A program made the position numbers and the translations under genes. The notes beneath the pieces are model-generated. The model did no database searches and was not told the DNA's origin. It was given only the letters and a program-made list of their open reading frames with translations. A stretch of 64,000 bases of DNA from Eledone cirrhosa. Taxonomy: Eukaryota. The stretch is from assembly GCA_964016885.1 (NCBI GenBank), contig OZ024745.1:66340001-66404000 (forward strand), read 5' to 3'. Shown here in pieces: positions 36,376 to 49,740 of the stretch (position 1 is its first letter; each line of letters starts with the position of its first letter).

Positions 36376-39300
36376 TTACAGACACATACTCAGAGTAGGT
36401 CCATTCACTCGGGCCATACTTGCTTCTCTTACCCATCTTTCAACAAAATGCTGGGAAGAGAGCACTTCCCTCTCTACACTGATTTTCCTTTTCAAATTAA
36501 ATTTGAAAAAGCTTATCACGGCACCACCGAAGAGGTAAGTGCTCGTCTTCAGCCCTTTCAAACGTGTCCACCATACTATCTCTTTCGCCATGGCCACCAG
36601 ACAGAGAAAAACTGTCTGCCCTTCCCGGCTAAAGGAAGAGGGCGGGGCAATCCTCACGATGGACTCAGCTGATAGCCGGATCCGTCCTACACACGACAGC
36701 AGGTGTTCGACATAAACCCACATGTCAGCAATGCTCGGACACTGGACGAGTGCGTGCAGGACGGTTTCGTCACCCTGCGCGCATCTCGGACATGCCCGGC
36801 TGACGGCACCTCCATGCCTGTAGAGTTTATCCCGAACTGGCAAAGCTCCTCGGTAGCACTGCCAGGCCAGGGATTTCTGGAAGTTGTCCATAGGCCCAGG
36901 CCCGAAAGTCCTTCCGAAGAGATTGGCTAGTTGATTTTCGTCGCCGCCTAGAGTTTCTCCAAGTACGTCGTCACTCTTCCCCTCCACTAATCCTCTATAG
37001 AACGGCAAGGTGGAGTTTCCACCGATCACATTGTCCGATGGTCGAGGGCTGTGAGCGCCTGAAGACATTCCAGTCTCCAAGCGCTCCCTCTCGGTCTTCG
37101 CTTGAACCAGGACTGCAGCTTCGTCAAGGAGACGAGCTGGGGAAAGACGTGTCTAGCAAACGGCGACCACACCTGATCACCGTCGAGGAAGAGGTGGAGA
37201 TATCGTAGCCTGAGCGCGTGTCTGCGCATCATCAGCCACGGCATACCCAACCCTCCACGTAGCGGGTGTTGACAGCAGATGGACCGCCTAACCATCGGAG
37301 CGCGTCCCTTCCACAAAAACGAAAGAGCAAACGCTCCAGCGCAGTCAGGTGGGGCTTAGGACAAGGTACGAGGTCAGGCGGTAGTAGATGACGGACGCGA
37401 TGTACGCATTAGCCACCCCGGCTCGACCTTTAAGGGATAGCTTCCTCTCCGCCATTTCTGGGTGAGAGAAGCCAACCTGCTCGTCACCTCATCCCAGTTT
37501 TTGTCCGTCTGGAGGTCCGGACCGAACCAGAACCCTAGCAATTTAACCCGTCCGTCCGTCCAGAGCCCGACGACGCTGTTGGACGGCATGGACCTGCCTC
37601 TGCAGATGCCAAGCTGCAGGCCCACTGACTTTTCCTGGTTGATCATTGCTCCTGTCACCGCTTCGTATTCTCTTAGTGTAGTGCCGATCGCCTCGATGTG
37701 TTTGGCGTTCGACACCACTACGGTGACATCGTCCGCATATGCTGACACGGATCTTCCGCATCCTAGTTCACGCGGACCCTCCTCAACGTCTCCAGTTTAT
37801 GCAGTAATGGCTCGAGAGTCAATACGTACAAGAGGGACGAGAGGTGTCATCCTTGGCGGACCGAGCGCATGATGTTGAACGGTTCCGAAAGGTGACTGTT
37901 CACTCTCACCACAGAGCAGATGTCGCTGTGCATGGCAGCGATCCAGCCTCTGAAGACGGGCCCAAAGCCAGCCGCCCTCAGGACTGCCGCTAGGTAACGA
38001 TGGTTGACTCTATCGAAAGCTTGCGACTGATCTAAATTCATCAAGGACCGACCCGTGCCTGGTTCCCTAGCTACCCTCTCTACGATGTATCGCATGAGGT
38101 GGAGGTTGTCGTGGATGGATCTGTCGGGAATGGTGCACGTCTGCGCCTCGCCCACCAGACCACCAACGATAAGCGCCAACCTCTTTGCTAGCACCTTGGC
38201 CAAAATCTTGAACTCTGTGTTTAGCAGAGTTATGGGCCTAATATTGTCTGTTATCCCCCTTGTTCGGATCCTTTCTCAGCAGCGTCACAGCTCCTCGGCT
38301 CACAGAGCTGGGAATTCTACCGTTCTGTTGCCAGTTGCAGTAGACGTCCGCCAAGAGGCCGCCGAACAAGTCTGGCATCTGTACGTAAAGTTCATAGTGC
38401 AGACCATCCAAACCAGGCGATTTACCCCTTGTGCAGCCAGTCATTGCCTCCCGTACTTCAGCGGCTGTTATCGGCTTTTCGCAACCGTCCGCCTCAGTGG
38501 CCGAGAGCCGCGGCAGTCCGTCGAGGTAAACACTAAAGTCCATCCCCCGATCCGGCCCGCCGCTGCCCCCCGAACAGCTGTGCGAAGTGTCGCTGAAAAG
38601 CTTCACACATTTTCCTGGGATCGAGTAGCATGCGCCCGTCGTGGTCCACCAAAGACCGGATCGTGGCTTTGTTTCCACGACGCGCCTCCGCCACTCGGGC
38701 CCATTGAACGGCTTTCGTCCCCTCGTGTCTGAGAGCACGCACCCTAGCTCTGACAACGCAGCCTTCGTGCTTTGCATTGAAGAATTTGTCAAGGGTCAAT
38801 TTCGCCGCAAGTACGTCGGTCGCGATGCCTTTGCTAAGCGCCTCGTCTAATTTTCTAACTAATTCTCCCTCTGCTCTATTTTTCTCTATTGCTAAAGCCT
38901 TACTAAACCTAATGGTTACTGTTCTAATTGCTCTTTTCAGAGCAAACCACCATTTGTTTTTTACGATGGCCCCCGTCAACGCCCGCTTAACTAGTTCGCT
39001 AATCCGGTCTCTGTAGGCCTTGCGCGCTGGTAAGGACGCGTTTAGCTTCCAGTAGCCGGGTCCTCGTCTATGAAGCCTATCTAAGTCAAGCACACAGATT
39101 ACGAATTTGTGGTCCGTGTAGCTGACTATCTTGAATTGTGGACAGCCTATGCTAGACCTATCTATTTCCCTACAAAATACTCTATCTAGATATGATCTGG
39201 ATGACCCTATGCGATTTGTCCAAGTCCACATTGGCACATTCGGGAAATCCAATCGGTACCTGCCAGACAGTTCAAAACGTCTGAGCAGGTTGGTGAGGCT

Positions 39301-39789
39301 CTTGCACCCTCCTCCCCTATCCGCTGATCCCACACAGTCCCAGCGTGCATCTAAGATCCCGTTCCGGTCGCCCACTAACACTAAAGAGCGGGACGTTCAA
39401 AGAAAGGTCTCCAGACGGCGGAAGAAATCAGGCCGCCCTGCTTCTGTCGGAGTATAGACGGCCACTAGCCTGAAAGCTTGCCCGTCTCCGCTGGTCACGT
39501 CTAGCACCACCAACTTACCTTCTGGGTCCAGGAAGATGGCCCGTATGGCGAGATCCAAACCTCTCTGAAAAAGCACAGCAACTCCTCCCCCCGATCCCGG
39601 ACGGCTGGGAGATGCGTACACATCGTAGCCGCCGAAGATGGGTGCGAAGGCCCGTGCTTCGGAGATTCTGGTCTCGCTGATGGCCACTACATCTATGTTT
39701 AGTGACCTGAGGTCGTTGAGCAGGTGGCCCTGCTTCCATGACGACTCCAAACCACGCGCATTTATGCTGCCTATTCTGAGTGAGATCAT
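36376..39789 (-). pseudogene. Tx1 ORF2 (APE endonuclease, reverse transcriptase, CCHC), broken into ~7 ORF pieces
   Basis: GSINARGL, ISETR, VGD.NG, SYLDR, TDHK; KSPGLDGL.YE.Y, LDQSQAFDRVNH, VRQG, SAYADD; CPRC..ETVLHALVQC. Confidence 0.92.
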
Positions 39790-39844
39790 GTTGAAATGGA
39801 GTGGAAAAGACCACTTACCTTACTTCTCGTAGAGGAAGGATGGT

Positions 39845-41493
39845 TTATCCATCCTTTTCACTGCTTGTGGCCTCCTCCGGAAGGATGTCCTTATAAATCC
39901 TCCTGGAGAGTGTCTGTCGGAAGTCTCCGATGTATTTGGGGAATTTTTGTTTTAGTGTCGTGTACGTTTCCTGTGTGATGCGAGTGATTTGTATGTGTGG
40001 AGGTGGTGTGAACTTTGGGGTTGTTGTGTAGTCTTTTTCTGTGATGCTGGTGTTGTGTTGCATGTAGTGTAATAATTGGTTGTTGTTCAAATTTAATGCT
40101 GTGTAGTGTGTATCATTTTGGTTGTTTTGTTTTGCTGGCGTTTGTTGTGGGTTTGTTTCTGTTACGCTTTTTGGTGACTTTTGTGGTGTTGGTGATGGTG
40201 GTGTTGGGGTTAATGATGGTGATTGTGTTGGTGTTTGTGGTGATGGGGTTGGTGATGTTGGTGTGGATGGTGGCATATCTGTCCTAACTTTTTTGTTTGA
40301 TAGTTTATTTGTTTCCCTCTGTATTTTGTTTTTGGAGGGGGAGGGAAGAGAATGTTTTCTTTTTTGGTTTCTTGTTTCTTTTTTCTTTTTTCCTGATACC
40401 ATTTCCCACTCCTCGTCGTCACAATCTGTCTCCAGTTGTGATAGGCCGGGGAGTGGAAAATCCTCCACAGGCGTTGGTTTTGGTTGTGGCGTGTTGGATG
40501 GTGTAGGCGCTGGTGCTAGTTCTGGCGCGTTGGGTGGTGGTGGTGTTGGTTTTGCTGGGGTTGTTGCTGTTACAGTTGCTTCTGTTGTTGCTGCTACAGT
40601 TGTTGCTGCCATCTCTGCTGCTGCTGGTGTTGATGGTTGAGTCACTGGGGTGGGTAAGAGAGGTGGCCTCAACCTTTTAGCCTGAGGGCAGAAAGCCCTT
40701 AGGTGGGTTCCTTCACCACAAACGACACACCTAGGCCTTCTGCCCTCGACGATTACGGTGAGGTGGCTGCTGTCAGTGAGGTCTATTACCTCTGGGATCT
40801 CCTCAATGCTTTTTTGGTCCGCTTGGATCAGGAGCTCCATCCCAGATCCGGACCAGTTCTCCTGCTTTTCTTTCGCTATTTCGATTATCTTGGTGTTGGC
40901 TTCGATGCCGGCGAGGACGGCAGCTATTAGCCAGGGAATTTCGATGGCAGTTGGAACGTGGGTCACCCTGATCTTTACGAGTCTCTGGGCACAATAGCTT
41001 GGGGCGAGTGTGAAGTCGTCACTTCTTAATGGGGCCATGGAGTGTTCTCTAGCCTCCTCTGGTGTTTCAAAGAACACGTCCACGGTTCCATATTTCTGCC
41101 CACGTCTGATGTGGGGTTTTTTTGCCCACACATGTCCCAAAGCTTTTTGGATTTGGGACTCGGATGACCGTCCCACTCGGCGCGATTTTATGTTAATTGT
41201 TCGATAAGACACGGTGCATAGGCGCCGATGCTCCATTTTATTAGGTGGGGGGGGGGGCTGACCCTGTACTCGTCTTTCTTTACCATTTTTGTGGCTTCTT
41301 CTAATTCCTCCTGAGTTACCTGAAATGCTTCGCACTGTTTTGCTACTCTGGCAAAACTCAGGGTGGTTTTCTTAATTTCATTGTTGCTGTTGTTGTTATC
41401 GTTATTTTTGTTATTGTTAATTTTAGTTTCAGGTGTGGCGGTAGTGGCGTCAGTGGTGTTCGGTGTGGAAGAGTTCATTTTGGTTGAATTCAT
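39845..41493 (-). pseudogene. Tx1 ORF1 with CCHC knuckle and Pro/Thr-rich tail; frameshift at the G-run near 41250
   Basis: CVVCGEGTHLRAFC; homologous to 34287-35860; the true start may lie further upstream (41741). Confidence 0.85.
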
Positions 41494-41955
41494 TTCGATA
41501 TCACGAGTTAATTTATTTTTTCTTTTGTTTCTGTTGTCGCTGTGGTGGTGGTAGTGGTGGGGGTGGCGGCTTTAACACCTGCAGCCATTGGTAATGGCGG
41601 GAAATGAATGTCTGTCTGAGACAAATTTAAAATATTTCTACTGCTTATATTTTTAGTGTTGGCAAACGTAATAATATTTACAATGGTGGTGTCGGTGTGA
41701 GGTGTTAGTTTGTGAGAAAGGTGTGACACTGAGTCGTCCATGAGTTTTCAAAGAAAAATCTTTGTTTGATAATTATAAAAGTTTAAATTTTGGGCTCAAG
41801 GCCCCAATCTTTTTGAGTGTCCTTTTCAGAAAACAATGTATGTGCACTTATATACAGTTAACAATAAAAATTTTCCATAAATGGCAATTTTAAACAACTG
41901 AAAATAACAAACATTTGCGGAGCTCACGATAATACGATTTACTACGTAGGTCGCC

Positions 41956-41986
<31 letters not shown>

Positions 41987-42880
41987 CCATGGGGATGTCC
42001 AAGGAGGAAATAACAACAAGGAGAAAGACCAACCTTCATGAAAAATCCGTTCATCGTGCCTTCTTTGAGAAAACTTAATTTAGAGATCCACAGACATGGA
42101 ACTGGTTGAAAAGAGGAGACCTTATAAAGGCTACAGAAAAAATGCTAATGGTTGCGTAAGAGCAGGCACTCAAAACGAAGTGGCTGAAATACCATATTTA
42201 CAAGGAGGGGGCTAGCCCACTGTGTAGGATCTGTGGAGAGAGAGAGGAGACTGTGGCTCACATTGTATCCAAGTGTAAACATCTAGCCCAGACTCACTAT
42301 AAAGGCTGGAGATATGATGTAATGGGCAGGGTGATCCACTGGCACCTATGCAAAGTAAACAATTTACCACATTCTGAGAAGTGGTGTGAGCATAAACCAG
42401 AGTCGGTGATGGAAAACGATCAGGTGAAGGTGCTGTGGGATTTTAGGATACAGACTGACAAGAAACTGGAACACAATAGACCTGACCTGATGGTTTTGGA
42501 CAAGAGAAAAATATCGTGCCTGATTGTGGATGTAGCCTGTCCATTCGAGACCAGAGTGCAAGAGAAGGAGAAGGAGAAAATTAACCGATACCAGGACTTA
42601 AAATGGGATGTAAAGAGGATTTGGAACTGCCATGAGGTCAAAGTGGTCCCGATTGTCATAGGCACACTAGGTACTATCAAAAAGAGTTTCCAAGGATGGT
42701 TAAAGAAAATTGGTCCCGCCCCGCTTTTTGGAACACTTCAAAAGGCATGCTTGCTGGGAACAGCAAGAACCCTCCGATATGTCCTGAATATCTGAGGCTG
42801 CAGGTAGCGGCTTGATATTCATTTCAACAAACTTTCCAGTTAAATAACATCAATGACTGAGACTCAAAGAACAATAATAA
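41987..42880 (+). mobile_element. 5'-truncated R4/Dong-clade element (CCHC plus RLE endonuclease)
   Basis: CRIC..ETVAHIVSKC, LWDFRIQTD..HNRPD..IVDVACP..KEKEK..YQDL..VPIVIGTLG..QKACLLGTAR; starts immediately after (AAT)n at 41956-41985. Confidence 0.9.
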
Positions 42881-43450
42881 CTCCCATACTTGAAAAAGAT
42901 CACATCTCAATCTTATGGAACTTTAGCATCCAAACAGACCGAAAAATAGATGCAAATAGACCTGATATAATACTGAAGGACTTTAAAAAGAGGGTATGCC
43001 TGCTAATTGATATGTCCGTTCCAATAGACAAGAATGTATCTATAAAAACATTTGAAACATTGAGCAAGTATAAGGACCTGGAGATAGAAATTGAAAAAAT
43101 GTGGAAATTGAGAACTAAAACAATACCAGTGGTTGTAGGCGCTCTAGGAATGATACCTAAGGGGTCTAATGATTACTTATCGCAAATCCCAGGAAACCCA
43201 CGTATAGGAGAAATACAAAAAAAATAGTACTAATGGGAACTGCCCATATACTAAGGAAGATTCTGTCAATATAAGTACATCACAAGTCTAAACACCTAAA
43301 GATGCATGTGTGTGTATGTATGTTCTTTCTTGAACATGGCGGACCTTGTTGTCTCTTGAGGTCACTGGTTGTGACTTGGTGATAACTCGTATGAACGTAA
43401 AGCAAGATAAATGTAACTATAATAATAATAATTATTATAAAATAGTTTAT
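42881..43450 (+). mobile_element. Second R4/Dong-clade 3' fragment (different subfamily)
   Basis: ILWNFSIQTDRKIDANRPDI..LIDMSVP..KYKDLEIE..IPVVVGALG; 3'UTR ends in (AAT)n near 43420. Confidence 0.88.
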
Positions 43451-43474
43451 AATAACAATTATTATTATTATTAT

Positions 43475-43650
43475 AAAACAAAATTGGAGCCAACATCACG
43501 GTGCCCCTACAGAAAACAACACTCCCAGGATACTCAAAAAAGTGCTTGACAATTGAAGGTGCCATCTCAGGCATCTGGTTGTGGACAGCTGACACCAGAA
43601 ATACATCATGAGCAACAAATACTGTGCAGGGAGTAGATAATAATAAGAAA
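43475..43650 (+). mobile_element. Third short R4/Dong 3' stub
   Basis: LQKTTL..RILKKVLDN* resembles the Dong ORF C-terminus; ends at a short (AAT)n. Confidence 0.5.
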
Positions 43651-43739
43651 CTTGTACAGCTGTAAATGATTTCATCCAGTACCCACGTGGACCATCTGGT
43701 CCTGTTCCCTTTCAATCTGGCATTGATCTCAATCTTTTC

Positions 43740-43880
43740 ATTATATCCCCAAGACTGATCCTAATATCCTTTTGTTTCTCACCTTTTCTTCAGCAGGTTT
43801 AATCCACTCTGCTTGGTTGTTGTGCATAATATCTGCTCCCCAAAGCTACAACCAGAATCTGCTAACCTTCTCTGGTATTT
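43740..43880 (-). pseudogene. Short R4/Dong RT N-terminal fragment
   Basis: Minus-strand RFW..LWGADIMHNNQAEWI matches the FW..IW....HN..AEWI pattern. Confidence 0.5.
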
Positions 43881-45891
43881 TATGAACATGTGTAAATGTG
43901 TGTGTGTGTGTGTTATGTACACAATGGCCATTCTTTCCTACCTCTATAAATGTTACCTCATAATCTGGTAGTGGACATATGTCATCATCATCATCATTGT
44001 TTAAACGTCTATGGGTGGGATGTGCTGTTATGTTGAGACATTCAGGGGAAGACCAAAAAATACATGACTGGAGATGATGGTGGTGGAAGTAAAAGCTAGA
44101 TTATTGTTGAGAGAGATTGCATTCAATATGGCAAAGTGTTGAAGCTGCTATGAGGCCTGCAAGGTCAATATTTAGTGGGAAAATAGTATGTTGTTGTTAT
44201 ATAAGTGGACCACCAAACCTGAACTGCCCCTCCCCCCTCCCCAAATATGTCTCTGACAGAAACATCATTTTTGTTTCAAAATGTATGTAGTGTATTTTGC
44301 AATATTTTGTTAGTTTCTTCTCCTCTGTTGACTGTTTATGTGCAGCTGTCTGAGTATTTGTTAAGGAATGATTTCTTGCCAACATTTTATGTTGAATGTC
44401 AACTAACGGAAAATAAAAATGTTCTAAAATATATTTTCTTTTGCCCACACAGGACAAAAAGGTTAAACAACAAACTGCATAGCTTTCTTTGAAGAACTTC
44501 GAACAAACTGACACAGAAAGAGTCAACTAATATCTAAAAAACAATCCATAAAAATGAAATTCAAAAACTGCTATGAAACACTTCTTGACACATTAAAATC
44601 CAATAATAATATGATAATAAAATGATTATTTCTTTGCTACAGTTATTTAGATGGCACACATACATTTAAAAAACTTCTATACTTTCACTTCAACCAGTAT
44701 ATATATACAGTATGTGTGCATATGGGAGATACAGAAGTGGGGGGTTGAGCAAGAATGGGAATGAGAGAATGGAGAGGAAGAAATAGTATAAATACACACA
44801 TAGCAACAATAGTAATAATATTTTGTGTTGGAAAAAAAATAGCAAATAAAATGGTGGTTTGAATAAAAAAAAAAAATCTGATATATTTAATTATTGTCTT
44901 CTGATCTGTAAGTTTATAAGTAGGATAATATCTGTTTTTATCTTTAATTAAGCAGTTCACTCTCCAGTTTCAACAGAGTTTTTTTTTATTTTCTCTAAAT
45001 ACACTATGATTATTGATTTTATTGTGGAATTTAAAGAGACTATACTTCTACCAAGCCAATGGCAACTACATTTGTTTTGTTGATAGTCAAATTATTATAA
45101 ATCAAGAGGAACAAATTCAGAAACAAAAGCATACACACACATATGATCATTTTACATTTGCTCTCTTTGCTAGCACTAATTTGATAAGTGTCACAGTCAA
45201 AGTCACATCCCTTCTAAAAAACATTTAGCATAAATTCTACAGTTAGAAGCCCTTTCTAACACCAATGATTTTATTAAGTGTACTGAGTGCTTTTTATCGT
45301 AGCACCTCCACTAGAGAGAGTATCACATACTTGATAAGACTGAATAGTCCTCTTTATCCTGAGTTGTACACATTTGATTCAACTGCCAACCATTGTACAC
45401 AGTGTACAGAGTGTATGTCATCATGTCACCAATACTAGACAGATTGATTTTTCACTGCAAGACTAAAGAGAAATCTGACCACCATATACTCTTCCTTGTT
45501 TCAAGGCAAATGGAGATTAAAATGCTATGAATAAAACTTAAAAAAGGAGAGAATATGATTTCAGTATGAAGAGAGAAACCGTGCTTGTGCTGGTGGAGAT
45601 GCCTACTCCAACACAGCAAGTCACCAGCCATCATCTTCTTTGTGAGCTATGGTTTTTTTTAAGTCAATCTTAAAAACTTTTCCTTGTTCTTCCTTCATCT
45701 CATTCTTCCACAAGTTTCATCCCCTACAAGCACCATACATATATACTTGTGTGTACACATTAAATATTGTACATAATCACAAACAAATACATGCATATAA
45801 CTCCACTTGTTCATATATAGACAACCTCTGTAGGGTGAGTGAAATGTTAAAATGTACACACTATATGTTGCTAGGTGGTTTATGAATGGAA

Positions 45892-46220
45892 AGAGTACCC
45901 GGCCTCCCATGGGTACAAGCTGAAGCATATAGACAATATGCCCCCACACCCTCCCACTGCAAAGTGGTCGTGGAGGTGCCACTGCAAAAAAGCACCCAGC
46001 CCAGACTGTAAAGTGGACGTGTAGGCACCACGGAAAAAAAGCACCCAGCACTCACTGTAAATGAGGTTGGTGTTAGGAAGGGCTTCCAGCTGTAGAAATC
46101 AAGCCAAAATCAATTCCTGTATGAGCAAGGCATGGTCAGCCGACCGGACACTGCCCACAACAGGACAACCCGTCTAACCCATGCTAGCGTGGAAGAACGG
46201 ACGTAGAACGGTGATGATGA
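45892..46220 (+). mobile_element. RTE LINE 3'UTR fragment
   Basis: Reverse complement of 22740-23060; ends GGTGATGATGA. Confidence 0.9.
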
Positions 46221-46904
46221 AAGACAGCTAGTCATAAAAACTATGTCAAAATTAAGAGAAACATCATATACAAAAGATTAACATTTACCTAGCTAGTGGT
46301 GAGGGTAGTGTAGTGGTGAAATGGGAGCATGTAGCCATTTGTGACAACCTTTTGATTGTCGCCAAAGGATCACAGTAACTCTCTTCCTTTCATATGCAGA
46401 ACATGGACACCAAACAAACAATAACACCAGAAAATATTTTCCACTCCTTTCTTCATGAAAAACCTCAATTGAAGTAATCAGAAAATGTAACATAATAATT
46501 TTATTAGGACTATTTCTATGAGACTCTCTTGCAGACAACTTCTATAATAAATGACAGTACGCTTGTTATCAAGGCTGGTTGCTTCACTGAGAAAATTGAG
46601 CTAGCTTCACCAATATACATGTGAATTACGGTTATAATAAACAGAATGAAGAGATCAATTGCTTGCTGTTCTGTGAGACAAATGACTTGTCCATTTTCAA
46701 CAGGTAACAGATCAGTCAACAGACCCCCTACTATTTATTGAAACACACAAGACAAATATATATTATACTCAAAAGAAACAAGATAGTGAAATGGCTGTGA
46801 GGACAGAAAAAAAAGCTATCAAAAACTGTCAAAACCAACAATGCCTGCCCTAAGTATTTTGTTGATACTCGATAGTCATTGCACATAAGCAAAATCAAAG
46901 GAAA

Positions 46905-46946
<42 letters not shown>

Positions 46947-46948
<2 letters not shown>

Positions 46949-47305
46949 GTTTCTACTATAGGCACAAAGCCAGCAATTTGGGGGAGGAGAAAGTCGATTA
47001 ACCCTTTAGCATTTAAACCAGCCGTATCTGGCCAGAATTCTCTCCTGTCTTTCTGTTCAAACCAGCTGTAACCGGCCGCTCATACTTATGTTAAGGTATT
47101 ATGCGAAGTAAAGTGTTTACCATGAAAATACAATAGGTATAGAGTAATGTAAATGCTAAAGGGTTAAATTGACCCCAGTGAATTACTGCTGCTTTACTTT
47201 ATCGAGTCTTAAGGATGAAAGTCAAAGCTAACCTCAACAGGATTTGAACTAAGAAAATAAAGGGCCATAACTATGCTTATAAGCATGTTGTCTGATGCTC
47301 TATTT
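46947..47305 (-). mobile_element. SINE family B variant between (AAT)n tracts, interrupted by a MITE
   Basis: Tail GGTTTCTACTATAGGCACAAAGCC next to (AAT)n at 46908-46947; core AAGGATGAAAGTCAAAGC. Confidence 0.75.
47002..47163. mobile_element. piggyBac-like MITE (162 bp)
   Basis: TTAA|CCCTTTAGCATTTA ... TAAATGCTAAAGGG|TTAA: 14-bp TIR starting CCC, TTAA duplication. Confidence 0.88.
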
Positions 47306-47351
47306 ACCGAATTTACCGAATAATAATAATAATAATAATAGTAATAATAAT

Positions 47352-48570
47352 ACATGGCTGCCAATTGCTATGTCAGTGCCTACTAATAGAAATATCTCAG
47401 CAAGGATCTTGAGATTGACCTATCTAGGATGTGATAATTAAAATCAAAAATCATCCCTGGTGTTGTGGGTGCCCTTGGATTGATCTAGTTAGGTATCAAC
47501 TTAAGACTGCTCCTTAACTGAAATATCCAGATTGTTTAACATCTAAGTGTCTGAGATGTACAAATATGAACCATAATAATAATAATGTTATAGACGAAGA
47601 AGCGTATAAGCGAGTACAAATCCAGACCCATGCTAGCGTGGAAGATGGACGTTAACCGATTAGACAATGTGCTCAATAAAAAAATGAAAGAAAATGCCAA
47701 ATCAGAATACATAATGAAACTGAAGAAAGTATATAGGTCTATGGTGAATGCCAGAAATGTGATCAGAGATATTAATGCATGGCCAGTTAACTTGGTAAAA
47801 TACACAGGAGGTATTGATTGGAAATAGGAGGAAATAAAGATCTTGGACCGAAAGACATGTAAGATACTAGCTATGAACAGTTTCCTCCATGAAGTAGTGT
47901 AGCAAGGTTGTACATGAGATACAAATGAGGTGGTCAAGATTTGATTAACATTGAAGAATGCATTGAGAGAAGTGGTTGAACGAGAGTGAGAGAGTTTATT
48001 AGAATACAAAAATAGAATGAAGAGAGAAAAGACCAGATAGTGGCTAGAAGCCTTTGCATAGACAATATGTGTAGCAAATCAATGAATTTGCACATAGAAG
48101 GGGATGAAAAATGGTGTTTTGAAGAAAGAAATGAAAAGTTTGGCTGTGCAACACAAGAACGGTCATTTAGAGCAAACTATGTTAAAGCAAAGATTGACTA
48201 GACAACATCAGACAAACGATGCCAGATGGGACTTCAGATTTCACACAGACATAATAATAAAAAAATAACTATACAAATATAATTGCTATCAATACAGTAA
48301 ATAAATGTTGGTCACTGGTTGACATTGCAGTACCATGTGACTTCAATTTGGTAAAAGAAAATAACATACTGTGACTAAATATGGAGCTCTGTCAAATCAG
48401 AAGATTGTACCAAGTTACCACACAAACAGTTCCAGCGGTAGTAGATGGTCAATGAGAAACATTTTTAATCTTTTGAGAGATTAGGAATACATTGTGCCTC
48501 TATTGAACAAATGAGCATTTTATTGATGACGGTCGGTATCTTTTGAAGAGTATTGAGTATCTAAACATTG
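47352..48570 (+). pseudogene. Degenerate R4/Dong fragments flanked by (AAT)n
   Basis: MSVPTNRNIS..KDLEID..IIPGVVGALG (47370-47490); EYIMKLKKVYRS.VNARNVIRDINAW..KYTGGIDW..LDRKT (47700-47880). Confidence 0.7.
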
Positions 48571-49740
48571 GTAGAGGTTGATACACAATAATAATCACCC
48601 ACACAAATGATGATCTTGAAAGCTGGAGTGATTAACAACAATAATAGTAATAACAAAATAAATAGATATATATGAAAATAATAATAGTAAAATTTATAAT
48701 GATAATAACATATATGATTACAAAGCAAACTTCTGAACGATTTGGTTATACTATGGCATGCATGTATGTATGCATGCATATTGCCTGTGTGTAATCTTTC
48801 AAATAAATTGTGTCACACTTTTTTTGTTGTTCTTTGATTGTATGAAACTATTTTAGGATTACATCGTCAAACAGTCATTATTGATATTTGAAAAAGAAAA
48901 ACAGAGAAACAATTACATTCACTTTTGTTTTCAAAATTTCCCTGACACTCTTTGTGACCTGGTCACTGAAGCAATTCCACCTATTTTTGAATGGCTCTAA
49001 AAAATATATCATGTTCTGTATAGTTGCTGCAGATCAAGTCACTTGCCAGAAAAGTAGAATTCTAAAAATACATTTTAGAATTTTCTTTCATATATCTTCC
49101 CTTATCACAATTGAATTCTTATGTACTGAGTGAACTTGAAATCTTTGTCTGACCTTCAAATTATTCAAAAACTATGTTGCTAAATATATTTTAGCTATTT
49201 AAAAAAAATAAATATAACTGCACATGTGGGAGACAAAATGTTATGAAAACAAAATGTTATGAAAAATGGAATCCAATTTTACTGAGATGCTTAATTAACT
49301 GATGGAAATTAGTTTGTAGTGCATATGAAGTAGAAACCTAGATTTATGTGCAAATGGATATTTTAGACTTTAACTTAATACATTGTTATTATTATTTTAT
49401 GAAGTAGTTTTCTTTGTCATAATCATAATATTTATATGAAAAGCAGCAGATTTGTTATTAAATTTTCGATAAAATGACTTGAAAACATTTAACTGAATGG
49501 CTAATTTTGAAATAAATAAATAAATATAATTAAATAATGAATTTAACCAGTGTCATCAGTGTGGCCTCACTAAATGAAATTTGAAGATAATCAGTGATGG
49601 TTTCATATTATTGCTCTAACATAAGTGATTGATTGAAACAGGAAATGCTGTACCATTGTGAAATAATTAGTCCATTAATATATTCATCTTGTTTTTTCCA
49701 TCAATAAAAGCCTATCCAGACTAATCTTTTTGCAATGTAG

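Larger units (their letters stand above)
36124..41955 (-). mobile_element. Full-length Tx1-clade (L1 group) non-LTR retrotransposon, ~5.8 kb
   Basis: 5'UTR, ORF1, ORF2, 3'UTR ending AATAAAGAAATC(ATT)n; (AAT)n on both flanks. Confidence 0.93.
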
